From Planctomycetota bacterium (GTDB taxonomy: Bacteria > Planctomycetota > Phycisphaerae > SM23-33), in assembly GCA_024275995.1 (NCBI GenBank), contig JAJRYB010000022.1:1-61914 (forward strand): DNA of 61,914 bases. Reading direction: 5' to 3'. The translations under genes and the position numbers were made by a program. The notes under the pieces were generated by a model, which worked only from the letters and a program-made list of their open reading frames with translations, had not been told where the DNA came from and ran no database searches. Positions 37,429 to 46,803 of the stretch are shown piece after piece (positions within the stretch are counted from its first letter, which is position 1; the number at the start of each line of letters is the position of its first letter).

Positions 37429-38316
37429 ATGAAACCGAAAACAGCCAACCTGATCCAGCTTAACGCCGCCGTTCTGATTTGGGGGGGCACCGCGATGTTC
37501 GCCAAGGGCACCGCCGCGATTCCCGTTTCGCACATCATAAGCTTAAGATCGCTCATCGCCGCCGCCGCACTCCTGGGGTTTCTGATTATCCGCGGCGATC
37601 GCATAAGAGTAAAGGCGGGACACTACTGGATTATGTTGTTGCTGGGGGTACTTCTGTGCTTCCACTGGCTGACATATTTCCAGGCGCTTCGCGTTTCGAC
37701 CGCAGCCGTGGCGATACTGGCATTGCACACATACCCCGTATTTACGGCGATAATCGAACCGTTCATTTTCGGTGAGAAGCTCAGGAAAATCGACATCGGC
37801 CTTGCCGTTGCCGTCCTGGCAGGAGTCCTGATCATGACGCCGGAAGTCAGCCTGTCGAACACTACGACCCAGGGGATCCTGCTCGGAGTAGTATCAGGCC
37901 TGTTTTTTATGGCGCGGAACCTCCTGACCCGCAAATATGTGCAGGAGTATTCCAGTTCCACGCTCATGTTCTGGCAGGTGCTGGTAACCGGCGTGGTGCT
38001 GCTGCCGGTGTTTCTCGTGGGAAGCGAAACGCCGGAGTACACTCCGCAGACCTTCGGGCTACTGGCGCTGCTCGGCGTGGTATTCACCGCCCTTCCTCAC
38101 ACGCTCTATTCCGCGAGCTTCAAGAACCTCAGCGCAAAGACCGTAGGCATACTGGCTACCCTGTTACCATTCTACGGGGCAGTTATGGGATATCTCATCT
38201 ATGACGAGACGGTGACGCTGCGAACCGTGATCGGCGGATTGCTGATATTCGCCTGTATTATCTTTGAGACGGTAAGACACATGAATGTAGCCCCATCGCT
38301 CAGTCCAACTCGGTAA
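37429..38316 (+). CDS. DMT/EamA family transporter
   Basis: About 10 TM helices in two EamA repeats (IWGGT, EPFIFGE, LIYDE). Confidence 0.9.
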   Translation: MKPKTANLIQLNAAVLIWGGTAMFAKGTAAIPVSHIISLRSLIAAAALLGFLIIRGDRIRVKAGHYWIMLLLGVLLCFHWLTYFQALRVSTAAVAILALHTYPVFTAIIEPFIFGEKLRKIDIGLAVAVLAGVLIMTPEVSLSNTTTQGILLGVVSGLFFMARNLLTRKYVQEYSSSTLMFWQVLVTGVVLLPVFLVGSETPEYTPQTFGLLALLGVVFTALPHTLYSASFKNLSAKTVGILATLLPFYGAVMGYLIYDETVTLRTVIGGLLIFACIIFETVRHMNVAPSLSPTR

Positions 38317-39391
38317 TCGCGTCCCGCACGGCAGGGTTGACGATTTTCCCGTCTTTCATATTGATAGCCGCGGCATGTCCGTAGTCGATGGCGGCGAAGC
38401 CTTCGGCGCCCAGCCGTGCGAGCTGCCGCGCGTAAGGAAGCGTCGCGTTGCACAGCGCCTTGGTGCTGGTCCTGCTGACCGCGCCGGGTATATTCGCCAC
38501 GCAGTAGTGCACCACGTCGTCCACGATGTAGGTCGGCTCGCGGTGCGTCGTGGGACGCGACGTCTCGAAGCATCCGCCCTGGTCGATGGCTACGTCCACG
38601 ATAACCGAGCCTTTTTTCATGCGTCGGATATGCTCTTTCGTCAGCAGTTTCGGCGCGCGTCCGCCCGGTATGAGCACGGCCCCTATAACGAGGTCGGCCC
38701 AGTGGGAATACTCGTCTATCGCGTGCGGATCGCTGTAAAGCGTAATGACGTTAGCGGGCAGGACCTGGTCGAGATATCTCAGACGATCGAGATTGATGTC
38801 CATGAGAATGACCTGTGCTCCAAGACCAGCCGCCACGGTAGCCGCGCAGGTTCCCACCACGCCCCCGCCGAGTATCAGCACGCTTGCGGGTGCTACGCCC
38901 GGAACGCCGCCCAGAAGTATCCCGCGTCCCATCATCGGACGTTCGAGGTACTTCGCGCCTTCCTGGATCGACATCTTTCCCGCTACCTCGCTCATCGGCG
39001 TCAGTAACGGCAGCGTACCATTGCCATCTTCCAGCGTTTCGTACGCCACGGCAGTAATACCGGCCTCGAGGCAGCCTTCAGTCAATTCGCGCGAGGCTGC
39101 GAAGTGAAAGTATGTGAATACCGTCTGCCTCTCGTGGAACATGGCGATTTCGTCGGGCTGGGGTTCCTTGACCTTCACGATCATCTCCGAAAGCTCGAAG
39201 ATTTCCCCTGCCGTCTCGACGATCTTCGCGCCGGCGGATACGTAGGCGTCGTCCTCGAACCCGCTGGCGGCGCCGGCGCCGCTTTGCACGAGCACGGAAT
39301 GACCGTCACGCTTGAGAAGCTCGGCGCCTACCGGGAGAAGGCCCACACGATATTCGTCCGGCTTGATTTCCGCTGGAACGCCTACGATCAT
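38300..39391 (-). CDS. ald: Alanine dehydrogenase
   Basis: GVPAEIKPDEYRV, VKVKEP, PLLTPMSEVAG, GGGVVG, DVAIDQGG, HYCVANIPG. Confidence 0.96.
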   Translation of the reverse strand: MIVGVPAEIKPDEYRVGLLPVGAELLKRDGHSVLVQSGAGAASGFEDDAYVSAGAKIVETAGEIFELSEMIVKVKEPQPDEIAMFHERQTVFTYFHFAASRELTEGCLEAGITAVAYETLEDGNGTLPLLTPMSEVAGKMSIQEGAKYLERPMMGRGILLGGVPGVAPASVLILGGGVVGTCAATVAAGLGAQVILMDINLDRLRYLDQVLPANVITLYSDPHAIDEYSHWADLVIGAVLIPGGRAPKLLTKEHIRRMKKGSVIVDVAIDQGGCFETSRPTTHREPTYIVDDVVHYCVANIPGAVSRTSTKALCNATLPYARQLARLGAEGFAAIDYGHAAAINMKDGKIVNPAVRDAITELD

Positions 39392-39412
39392 TTCACAATT
39401 CCTTCGATTGAT

Positions 39413-40522
39413 TTACATTGCCGCGATGATTGCGTCGGCCATTTCGCTCGTTCCGACGGCGGATGGATCGTCGCGGTCGGGTTTCATATCATACGTTACG
39501 CTTTCACCGGCGGCGATCACACCGGCGACGGCTTTTTCCAGCGCCGCCGCCGCGGCCCGCTCGTGGAGGTAGTCCAGCATCAGCTTGCCCGATAGTATCA
39601 GCGCCGTCGGGTTGACCTTGTTTTGCCCCTTGTACTTCGGGGCGCTGCCGTGGGTCGCCTCGAAGATGGCGCCGTTATCGCCGATATTGGCGCCGGGCGC
39701 CACGCCGAGTCCGCCCACCAGCCCGGCGCAGAGGTCGCTCAGTATGTCCCCGTAGAGGTTCGGAAGCACGATCACGTCGTACAGTTCGGGCTTCTGGACG
39801 AGCTGCATGCACATATTGTCGACCAGCCGCTCCTCGCCTTCGATGTCCGGATAGTCCGCGGCTACCTTCTCGGCGACGGATTTGAAAAGACCGTCCGTGT
39901 ACTTCATGATGTTCGCCTTGTGGACGTAGGTAACCTTCTTTCGCCCGTTCTCCCGTGCGTAATCGAAGGCAAACCGCACGATCCGCTCGGTGTTCTGAAC
40001 GCTGATCGGCTTGATCGATATCCCCGTCGTCTCGGCAGGGGTATTGACCTTCTTGTCCGTCGAAAGGCGGTTGACCGTTTCGATCAGCTCGGACACCTGG
40101 TCCGTACCCTTCTCGAACTCGACGCCGGCGTAGAGGTCTTCGACGTTTTCGCGGACCACCACAAGGTCAACGTCCTCGTACCGGGTGCGAACGCCCTTGT
40201 AATGCTTGCACGGGCGAAGGCACGCATAGAGATCCAGCGTCTGGCGAAGCAGCACGTTCACGCTGCGAAAACCCTTGCCGATGGGAGTGGTGATCGGCGC
40301 CTTGAGCGTGGCGTCGGTTTCGCGGACGGACTTGATCGTCTCGTCGGGCATGGGGGTCCCGGCCGACTCCATCACGTCCACGCCCGCGTCGCATAGCTTC
40401 CATTCGATATCGCCCGCCCCTTCGGTCTTTTCCAAAGCTGCGTCAACGCATCGCCTGGCAGCGGCGGCCAGTTCCGGACCTACTCCGTCGCCCATAATCA
40501 ACGTTACCGTGTGAGTCGCCAT
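39413..40522 (-). CDS. icd: Isocitrate dehydrogenase, probably NADP-specific
   Basis: [40 protein letters not shown]; THGSAPKY and VTYD match NADP-type specificity residues. Confidence 0.85.
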   Translation of the reverse strand: MATHTVTLIMGDGVGPELAAAARRCVDAALEKTEGAGDIEWKLCDAGVDVMESAGTPMPDETIKSVRETDATLKAPITTPIGKGFRSVNVLLRQTLDLYACLRPCKHYKGVRTRYEDVDLVVVRENVEDLYAGVEFEKGTDQVSELIETVNRLSTDKKVNTPAETTGISIKPISVQNTERIVRFAFDYARENGRKKVTYVHKANIMKYTDGLFKSVAEKVAADYPDIEGEERLVDNMCMQLVQKPELYDVIVLPNLYGDILSDLCAGLVGGLGVAPGANIGDNGAIFEATHGSAPKYKGQNKVNPTALILSGKLMLDYLHERAAAAALEKAVAGVIAAGESVTYDMKPDRDDPSAVGTSEMADAIIAAM

Positions 40523-40573
40523 TTCCGCTTTTTTCCTTTCACGCGAACATTTGGAACAGACCTTGGGCCGGGA

Positions 40574-40602
40574 AGATTAGCGTGTCGGACCCGAACCGTC
40601 AA
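40574..40602 (-). promoter_or_regulatory. Putative sigma70 promoter for icd-ald
   Basis: Minus strand TTGACG-N17-TAATCT. Confidence 0.5.
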
Positions 40603-40637
40603 GACGTCAGGACAAATCCGTCCACCGGTGTGCGCAT

Positions 40638-42824
40638 TTACTTCGCCACGGTCACGGTAACGGCGCCGTATCCGACGTTACCGTACAGGTCCACCGCGCG
40701 GAGAGCTATGCGATGATCGCCACTTTTGAGATCTTCCACGCGGAACGAAAACTTCTCGGCGTCGGAGTCGGCGATACCGTCACTCGGCAGTACGGCCCGC
40801 CAATCGGCCTGACTGTCGACGGTGTACTGAATGCTCACGATCCGGCTGCCGGCATCGACGACTTGACCGGAGACGATTGCAACTTTTTTTCCGGACTTCG
40901 CGCCCAGCGCCTTGAAGAGAGGCGACGTGTTATCAACGACGATCGGATCGGAAATGCGCATCGCCTGTCGCGCCGAAGCGCCGGGATTGGACGGAGAATC
41001 CGAAGCTCTCACGCGGAGTTCGTACTTCCCGTCGCCGACGGTCCGCGTGTTCCAGACGTACTTTGGAGCGGTGAGTTTGTCGGCTATTTCGATCCAGTTC
41101 GTAGCGCCGAGATCCCGAAACTCCAGCCGGAACAGCAGCTTGTCTCCGTTGGGATCCTTCGCGGCGATGGTGATCGCCCGATATGCTCTCGGGCCCTTTC
41201 CACCTTCGCTCCCGTCCGGTTTGGCGCTCGGCTTGAACAGAACTCCGGAAACCGTCGGAGAAAGGTTGCCGATCTGGTAGATCAACTGGACGCTTTCGAC
41301 GGCAGAGGTCGCGACGCCGTCGCCGGTGATCTTCAGCCGGTACTGTATGAACCTCCCGGCGGGGCTTGCGATCGGCAGGAACCCGTCGGTAGCGGGCGAG
41401 AAGGCCGACCAGTCGCTCCATGTATCGTCGTCCGGATCGGCGAGGTTTCCGCTACGGGTCGAAACAAGCAGGCCCGCTCCTTTCCGGATCGACGCGCGAA
41501 TCTTCAGTGTGCCCCACCGGGCAATCTGACCGGCGTCCAGCGCGGGCGAGGTGAACGTGCCGGCTTCGACGAAACCCTTATCCAGCACGGCGATGGAACC
41601 CTTGTTGGCGGTCGTAAAGTACACCTTCCCGTCGCGCGTCGCAGCGAGACTCGTCACCTGGGAGGCGTCCGTGTCGACGATGCGGGCGACTTCGTCACCG
41701 TCCAGCGTTACCGTATAGACGTCTCCGGTGCTGCCCGTGCCGAGGATCAGCAACTCGCCCTGGCGAATCATCGAGAGAATCGCCACCGGCCTGCGGAAGA
41801 TCGTCTCGATAAGTCCGTCCGGACGAATGTAATACACGGCGTTGCCTTGCCCGCCCGGTGCGGCAGCGGGAGAAGGTCCAGGCAACGGAGAACGTCCGTT
41901 TTTCTGATCTTCGTGAACATCCGGCCCATCTTCTTCGTCAACCGGCACAGCGTCCCTGGCAGGATGGCTGGCGGGCGTTTTCGACAGCAGTTTGGGCTTG
42001 GCGGACTTTACGGATCTCGCCGCCTTACCCATCTTGGCGCCGTTGGGGGTGGCGGGTGCGGAAACCCTGGCGACATCGGCAGTCGAAACGTACACGCCGC
42101 CGGATTCGTCCACCAGAAGCGACGAAATCTCCTTCTCTACGGCGTCCAGAAGAACACGGCTGGTCTTTTTCGCCGGGTCTATCTCCACCACCAATCCGTT
42201 ACGGTCGGTGCCGGCGAGCACTTTTCCATCGTCACCCATCGCAAGACACAAAATATTCCCCGATGTCTTATCCGTGCCGTAGATGACCTCCGCCTTTCCC
42301 TGCGGGGAAACGGCGTAGACCTTGCCCTTCGGCCCGGTGGCGGCGTACAGCACGCCCTTGACGCCGGGAAGGAGCGCCCAGACGTATGTTACCTTCGGAT
42401 CGGTCCAGACGGCCGAGACCTTGCCCGCCGGAGAAATGCGATATATGCCCGCCCCCTTGCCGGCGGTTCCCGCAAGCAGGCCCCTGGGCGTATGGACCAG
42501 TGAAACCGTCATCGTAGCCGGTACGGTGGCGAATCGGGTCGCTTTCCCGCCGCGCACGCGGAAGATGCGGCCGTCGGCGCCGCTGGCGGCATAGATACCG
42601 TTAGGACCGGTCGAGATAACCGAGACGATCTGCGGTGCGTCCTTGGGGGCAAGGATAACCTTGATCGCACGGGCGAGTTTCACCTGGCCGAGTGAGTTGA
42701 CCACCGTCGAGACAAACTCGCCTTTGGAGAAGTCGGCCTCGGACTTGTGAACCCATGTGCCGGGCGTAACGGCATGGGACAACCCCGCCGTCGCCAACAC
42801 TACCAATAAAACGTATCGCTTCAT
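40638..42824 (-). CDS. Exported beta-propeller protein with C-terminal Ig/FN3-like domains
   Basis: Signal peptide; repeated blades (IYAASG..GRIF, LYAATG..GKVY, VLAGT..GLVV); C-terminal DGKYELRVRASD and HRIALRAVD.YGN. Confidence 0.75.
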   Translation of the reverse strand: MKRYVLLVVLATAGLSHAVTPGTWVHKSEADFSKGEFVSTVVNSLGQVKLARAIKVILAPKDAPQIVSVISTGPNGIYAASGADGRIFRVRGGKATRFATVPATMTVSLVHTPRGLLAGTAGKGAGIYRISPAGKVSAVWTDPKVTYVWALLPGVKGVLYAATGPKGKVYAVSPQGKAEVIYGTDKTSGNILCLAMGDDGKVLAGTDRNGLVVEIDPAKKTSRVLLDAVEKEISSLLVDESGGVYVSTADVARVSAPATPNGAKMGKAARSVKSAKPKLLSKTPASHPARDAVPVDEEDGPDVHEDQKNGRSPLPGPSPAAAPGGQGNAVYYIRPDGLIETIFRRPVAILSMIRQGELLILGTGSTGDVYTVTLDGDEVARIVDTDASQVTSLAATRDGKVYFTTANKGSIAVLDKGFVEAGTFTSPALDAGQIARWGTLKIRASIRKGAGLLVSTRSGNLADPDDDTWSDWSAFSPATDGFLPIASPAGRFIQYRLKITGDGVATSAVESVQLIYQIGNLSPTVSGVLFKPSAKPDGSEGGKGPRAYRAITIAAKDPNGDKLLFRLEFRDLGATNWIEIADKLTAPKYVWNTRTVGDGKYELRVRASDSPSNPGASARQAMRISDPIVVDNTSPLFKALGAKSGKKVAIVSGQVVDAGSRIVSIQYTVDSQADWRAVLPSDGIADSDAEKFSFRVEDLKSGDHRIALRAVDLYGNVGYGAVTVTVAK

Positions 42825-42846
42825 CTGGCCGGACTCCTTCTACTTG

Positions 42847-44799
42847 CTACTTGCGGAGTAGAATCTCACGCGGTTTTTTGCGGACCTTGAAATTCGCCGT
42901 CGCACTGCCGAACAGGACATTTTTCATAGGCAGCGTTCGGACAATCGAACGCTGAAAAGTTTTCGTTCGCGGGAGTTTCGCCTCAGTGAGGATTTTCGAC
43001 CTGCTGGGCGGCAGGTATGGAAGTTCCATCTCGCCGAGCGCCAGGTGCGGCTTGCGCAGTGGCATACGAAGGTACAACACGTCCTGGCGCGGCGCCACGA
43101 CGCGCTTTACCGCGGCGAAAAGCTCCTCCTCGTTTCGCGGGTCGAACTTGTGCGGGTTTTCGCTCTGCTCGCGGGAAAGCGACCGATAGGCGTCGCACGC
43201 CTCCAGAGTGTAATCGCCTTCGGGCAGATCGTCCGGAAGGTCGAACGTCACGGGAATCGACCGGCGGGGCTTTCGTGTCGGGCGGATGACCAGCTTGCCC
43301 GTGACTCTTTCGCCCGGTCTCCAGATGGCTGCGTCCAGGCGAAGGGCCATGATGCTCGCGTTGATCTGCCCTTTCTCGATGGTGATATCCACGTCGATCC
43401 GCTCGGGGAAACGGGCCGGGGCGAAGATGTTCGACCCCATTGCCGCAAGCGGTCGGGAAACGTCGGATAAAACGTCGTAGACGTCGCCGCCGGTCGATAC
43501 GTTCGCAGCCCGGTAGACGCCGAACTTGCCGTAGTCCACCTTCACGTCATATCGCACCGTGTGCCGCTCCGGAAGCTCCCGCATCGCCCAGACGGATTCC
43601 ATGACAAGATACCGGGGAAATACCGCGCCATATACGCGGTGCCGGCAAACTTCATAGCGGAACTTCTGCTTCTGCCCGATCGACTTCCAGTTTACGCTGA
43701 CATGCAGCGGGATCATGGTCGCTTTATTTCCGATAACGCCGCTGACGGCGGTGTACTCGTCGTGATCGGTAGCGCCGGTGATGCGAAGGGTAGCGCCGAG
43801 TTTGAAGCTTGTGTACTGGCTGGACATTATGGTGTGGATGCTCGCCGGTCCCATCGGAAGCGCCAACTCGCCGGTGGCCTCGAAGGAATGTCCGAACATG
43901 AGCACCTTCTTGCCGATCACGTCGGTGACGGTCCCTACCGCGTTCCAGTCCGCGTCGCCGCGCACGAGAACTATCGAGACGGCGGCGCCCGGTTCGAGCT
44001 TCGCCGCGGCGGCGTTTTTTCCAGCCGCCCCCACCCCGCCGGACCGCACGGGCTTCAGACCGGTGCCCTTGAGGCGCCTGCGAAGCTGCTCAAGCCCGCG
44101 GCCTGTTATTCCGGAGACCATCAGCGGCGTCTTCAGCGCTCGAAACTCGCCTGCCGTCGACCCGTCTCCGTTACGACGTGTGGGAATGAGAAGCTCCGTA
44201 AAATCCGCCTTGCGCGGGTCCAGGACGGCGGCAAGAAGCCTGCCGCCATCTCCTCCGGTAACGGCGTTTTTCGCCGGACGCGACGCGACGACTTTCTTCT
44301 TCGTCGATTTTTTACCAGGCTCGAAGGCGCGTCCCACCGCGAGCATCTGCGTTATCGGCTGGATGCCGCAAAGCGGAGGGGAGTTCTGGAACGACCAGCC
44401 GTACGCAACCGCGCCGATCATCTTGAACTTCCCGTCGCGGGGGTCCTTCATGTAGACGGGCGAACCGCTCATCCCGGAGACGATTCCGCTCTTGTCCAGG
44501 CCAAGACCCTTCAGACGGGCGAGTATCACGTCCTGCTTCGGGGACCAGTTCGTTGCGACCGAGACGATCTCGACGTCGAATCTTTCGAGCTTTGTCCCGG
44601 CCATCACGGTCAGCCCATACCCTTTATCACCTCGGCGAAGGCGGGAATGGTGCAGGTACTTATCGGATTTTTCGACGAATTTCCGGGCCTCGGCGAGTAT
44701 GTCGTCCTGCGGCGCCGGTTTGGACGAGGGCTTCGCAAGGGCGGAACCGACGGCAGCGAGCAAGAGATACAATGCAGCGGAAAATACGCGACGCTTCAT
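42847..44799 (-). CDS. SpoIVB peptidase S55 domain protein
   Basis: Signal peptide; GYGLTV..GT, GIVSGMSGSPVY (catalytic Ser), IGAVAYGW, GTVT..G..VLMFGH. Confidence 0.85.
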   Translation of the reverse strand: MKRRVFSAALYLLLAAVGSALAKPSSKPAPQDDILAEARKFVEKSDKYLHHSRLRRGDKGYGLTVMAGTKLERFDVEIVSVATNWSPKQDVILARLKGLGLDKSGIVSGMSGSPVYMKDPRDGKFKMIGAVAYGWSFQNSPPLCGIQPITQMLAVGRAFEPGKKSTKKKVVASRPAKNAVTGGDGGRLLAAVLDPRKADFTELLIPTRRNGDGSTAGEFRALKTPLMVSGITGRGLEQLRRRLKGTGLKPVRSGGVGAAGKNAAAAKLEPGAAVSIVLVRGDADWNAVGTVTDVIGKKVLMFGHSFEATGELALPMGPASIHTIMSSQYTSFKLGATLRITGATDHDEYTAVSGVIGNKATMIPLHVSVNWKSIGQKQKFRYEVCRHRVYGAVFPRYLVMESVWAMRELPERHTVRYDVKVDYGKFGVYRAANVSTGGDVYDVLSDVSRPLAAMGSNIFAPARFPERIDVDITIEKGQINASIMALRLDAAIWRPGERVTGKLVIRPTRKPRRSIPVTFDLPDDLPEGDYTLEACDAYRSLSREQSENPHKFDPRNEEELFAAVKRVVAPRQDVLYLRMPLRKPHLALGEMELPYLPPSRSKILTEAKLPRTKTFQRSIVRTLPMKNVLFGSATANFKVRKKPREILLRK

Positions 44800-44905
44800 A
44801 GGGGCTTCTCCAATGCACTTCCGGCAAGGGGCGTATCGTAGCCCTCGCGCCAGGAGCGCACAAGCGAAAAGGCGGCGTGGTCGAGGCAATACCCGGCAGA
44901 ATGGG

Positions 44906-44934
44906 TTGACAAGTGGCGTTGTCGGCTCTAAACA
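44906..44934 (+). promoter_or_regulatory. Putative sigma70 promoter for the Gld-like ABC operon
   Basis: TTGACA-N17-TAAACA. Confidence 0.35.
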
Positions 44935-45061
44935 TGTTTCCCCACAGACAGGCCTCACAGGGACAACGGCGAACCGGCTTTGCAATCCGGACGTACAAGC
45001 AATAAGCCGTCCGGGGCGCTACGGAAAACCCGGTTGCGGAAAACCCAGGCAGGAACATCCC

Positions 45062-46039
45062 ATGATAGACGTGAAGAACCTCACGAAGTGGTACGGCAGC
45101 GTTCCGGCGGTGGACGATATATCTTTCCACGTCGAGAAGGGTCAGATCGTAGGCTTCCTCGGTCCCAACGGCGCGGGCAAGAGCACGACGCTGAAGGTCC
45201 TGACCTGCTTCCACCCCCCCACCAGCGGAACGGCGACGGTCGCGGGACACGACGTTCTCGACGAATCGCTCCAGGTTCGCCGAAAAATCGGATACATGCC
45301 CGAAGCGGTTCCGTTCTACCCCGAAATGCGCGTCGGGGAGTTCCTGAAGTTCCGCGCGTCCCTTAGGGATCTGCGAGGCAAGCAGCGTAAAATCGCCATC
45401 GAACACGTCGCAAAGCGATGCTGGCTGAGCGAGCCGGAAAACATGATGCGGCGTCCCATAGGCCAGCTCTCCCGCGGGTACAAGCAGCGCGTGGGACTGG
45501 CGGAAGTAATGCTGCACAATCCGGAAGTGCTCGTGCTGGACGAGCCGACGATCGGGCTTGATCCGGCGCAGATTCGCGCGATGCGCGACCTCATCCGCGG
45601 GCTTGGTGACGATCACACGGTGATCCTGTCCAGCCACATCCTCGCCGAGGTTGAGCAGACATGCAGCCGGCTGATCATAATCGCCGCCGGTAAGATCGCC
45701 GCGGAGGGCACCGCCGACGAATTGAGGCGGCGTGTGCTTGGCCCGTCTCGCCTTATCGTCGAGCTGAAGGGCGCCGACGACGGTGAGTTCATCTCGTCCA
45801 TCAAGGCGATCAGCAACGTTCGCAGCGTCGAGGCAACGGCTGCGGGCAACTGGACCCGCCTGACGGTCCAGGCGGACACCAACGCCGACCCGCGCAGCGA
45901 GGTATTCGCCCTGGCGTCGCAGAAAGGCTGGCAGATGCGCGAGCTTCGACGCGAGATCGGATCGCTGGAAGACTTCTTCGTCCAGATTACCTACGAGCAG
46001 AACGTACTCGCCGGGGAACGCGCAGTCGCTTCCGCGTGA
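45062..46039 (+). CDS. ABC-2 transporter ATP-binding protein (GldA-like)
   Basis: GPNGAGKST, LSRGYKQR, VLDEPTIGLDP, SSHIL. Confidence 0.93.
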   Translation: MIDVKNLTKWYGSVPAVDDISFHVEKGQIVGFLGPNGAGKSTTLKVLTCFHPPTSGTATVAGHDVLDESLQVRRKIGYMPEAVPFYPEMRVGEFLKFRASLRDLRGKQRKIAIEHVAKRCWLSEPENMMRRPIGQLSRGYKQRVGLAEVMLHNPEVLVLDEPTIGLDPAQIRAMRDLIRGLGDDHTVILSSHILAEVEQTCSRLIIIAAGKIAAEGTADELRRRVLGPSRLIVELKGADDGEFISSIKAISNVRSVEATAAGNWTRLTVQADTNADPRSEVFALASQKGWQMRELRREIGSLEDFFVQITYEQNVLAGERAVASA

Positions 46040-46086
46040 GAACACCGTCCGAAAGAATAATTGCGAACGTCCAGGAGAGCTTTGCG

Positions 46087-46803
46087 ATGAGAAAAACACT
46101 TATCCTTGCCCGAAAGGAGCTGGCGGGGTACTTCATCTCGCCGGTGGCGTACGTCATCGGCGCCCTGTTCCTCCTGGTGAGCGGGGTGTGGTTCTTCCAC
46201 AAAATCTTCATACCGGGCAACGAAGCGTCGCTTCGTCCACTGTTCGAGGCGATGGCGTACATGATGGTCTTCGCCGTTCCGCTGATAACGATGCGACTTC
46301 TCAGCGAAGAACTTCGCAGCGGAACGGTCGAGACGCTCATGACTGCTCCGATTACCGATACTGAAGTGATAATGGGCAAGTTCATCGGAGTGATGGGCTT
46401 CTACGCGGTCCTGCTTGCCGGGACGATCGTGTTCCTGGCGTTGATGTACGCATACGGCCAGCCCGATTCAGGTGTCGCCGTCATGGGGTACCTGGGCATG
46501 GTGCTGCTGGGTTCTTCGTTCGTCTCCGTAGGGCTGTTCACCTCGGCGCTCACGAAGCACCAGCTCGTTGCGGCGATGATCTCGGTAACCATTCTGGCGA
46601 TTTTCGCGATTGGAATGCAGGAAATGGTCGCATACGCCCCATCGCCGTGGAACGAACTCGCCAGCCACGTCAACGCGATGACCTACTTCAAGGACTTCGC
46701 ACGAGGAATGTTCGACACGCGAGGGCTTGTCTTCTTCCTCAGCACCACGGGGCTGTTCCTCTTTCTTAGTGTCAAAACGCTGGAATCCAGGAGATGGCGA
46801 TGA
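46087..46803 (+). CDS. ABC-2 permease (GldF-like)
   Basis: KELAGYFISPVAY, ITMRLLSEELRSGTVETLMTAP, six TM helices, ESRRWR end. Confidence 0.9.
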   Translation: MRKTLILARKELAGYFISPVAYVIGALFLLVSGVWFFHKIFIPGNEASLRPLFEAMAYMMVFAVPLITMRLLSEELRSGTVETLMTAPITDTEVIMGKFIGVMGFYAVLLAGTIVFLALMYAYGQPDSGVAVMGYLGMVLLGSSFVSVGLFTSALTKHQLVAAMISVTILAIFAIGMQEMVAYAPSPWNELASHVNAMTYFKDFARGMFDTRGLVFFLSTTGLFLFLSVKTLESRRWR

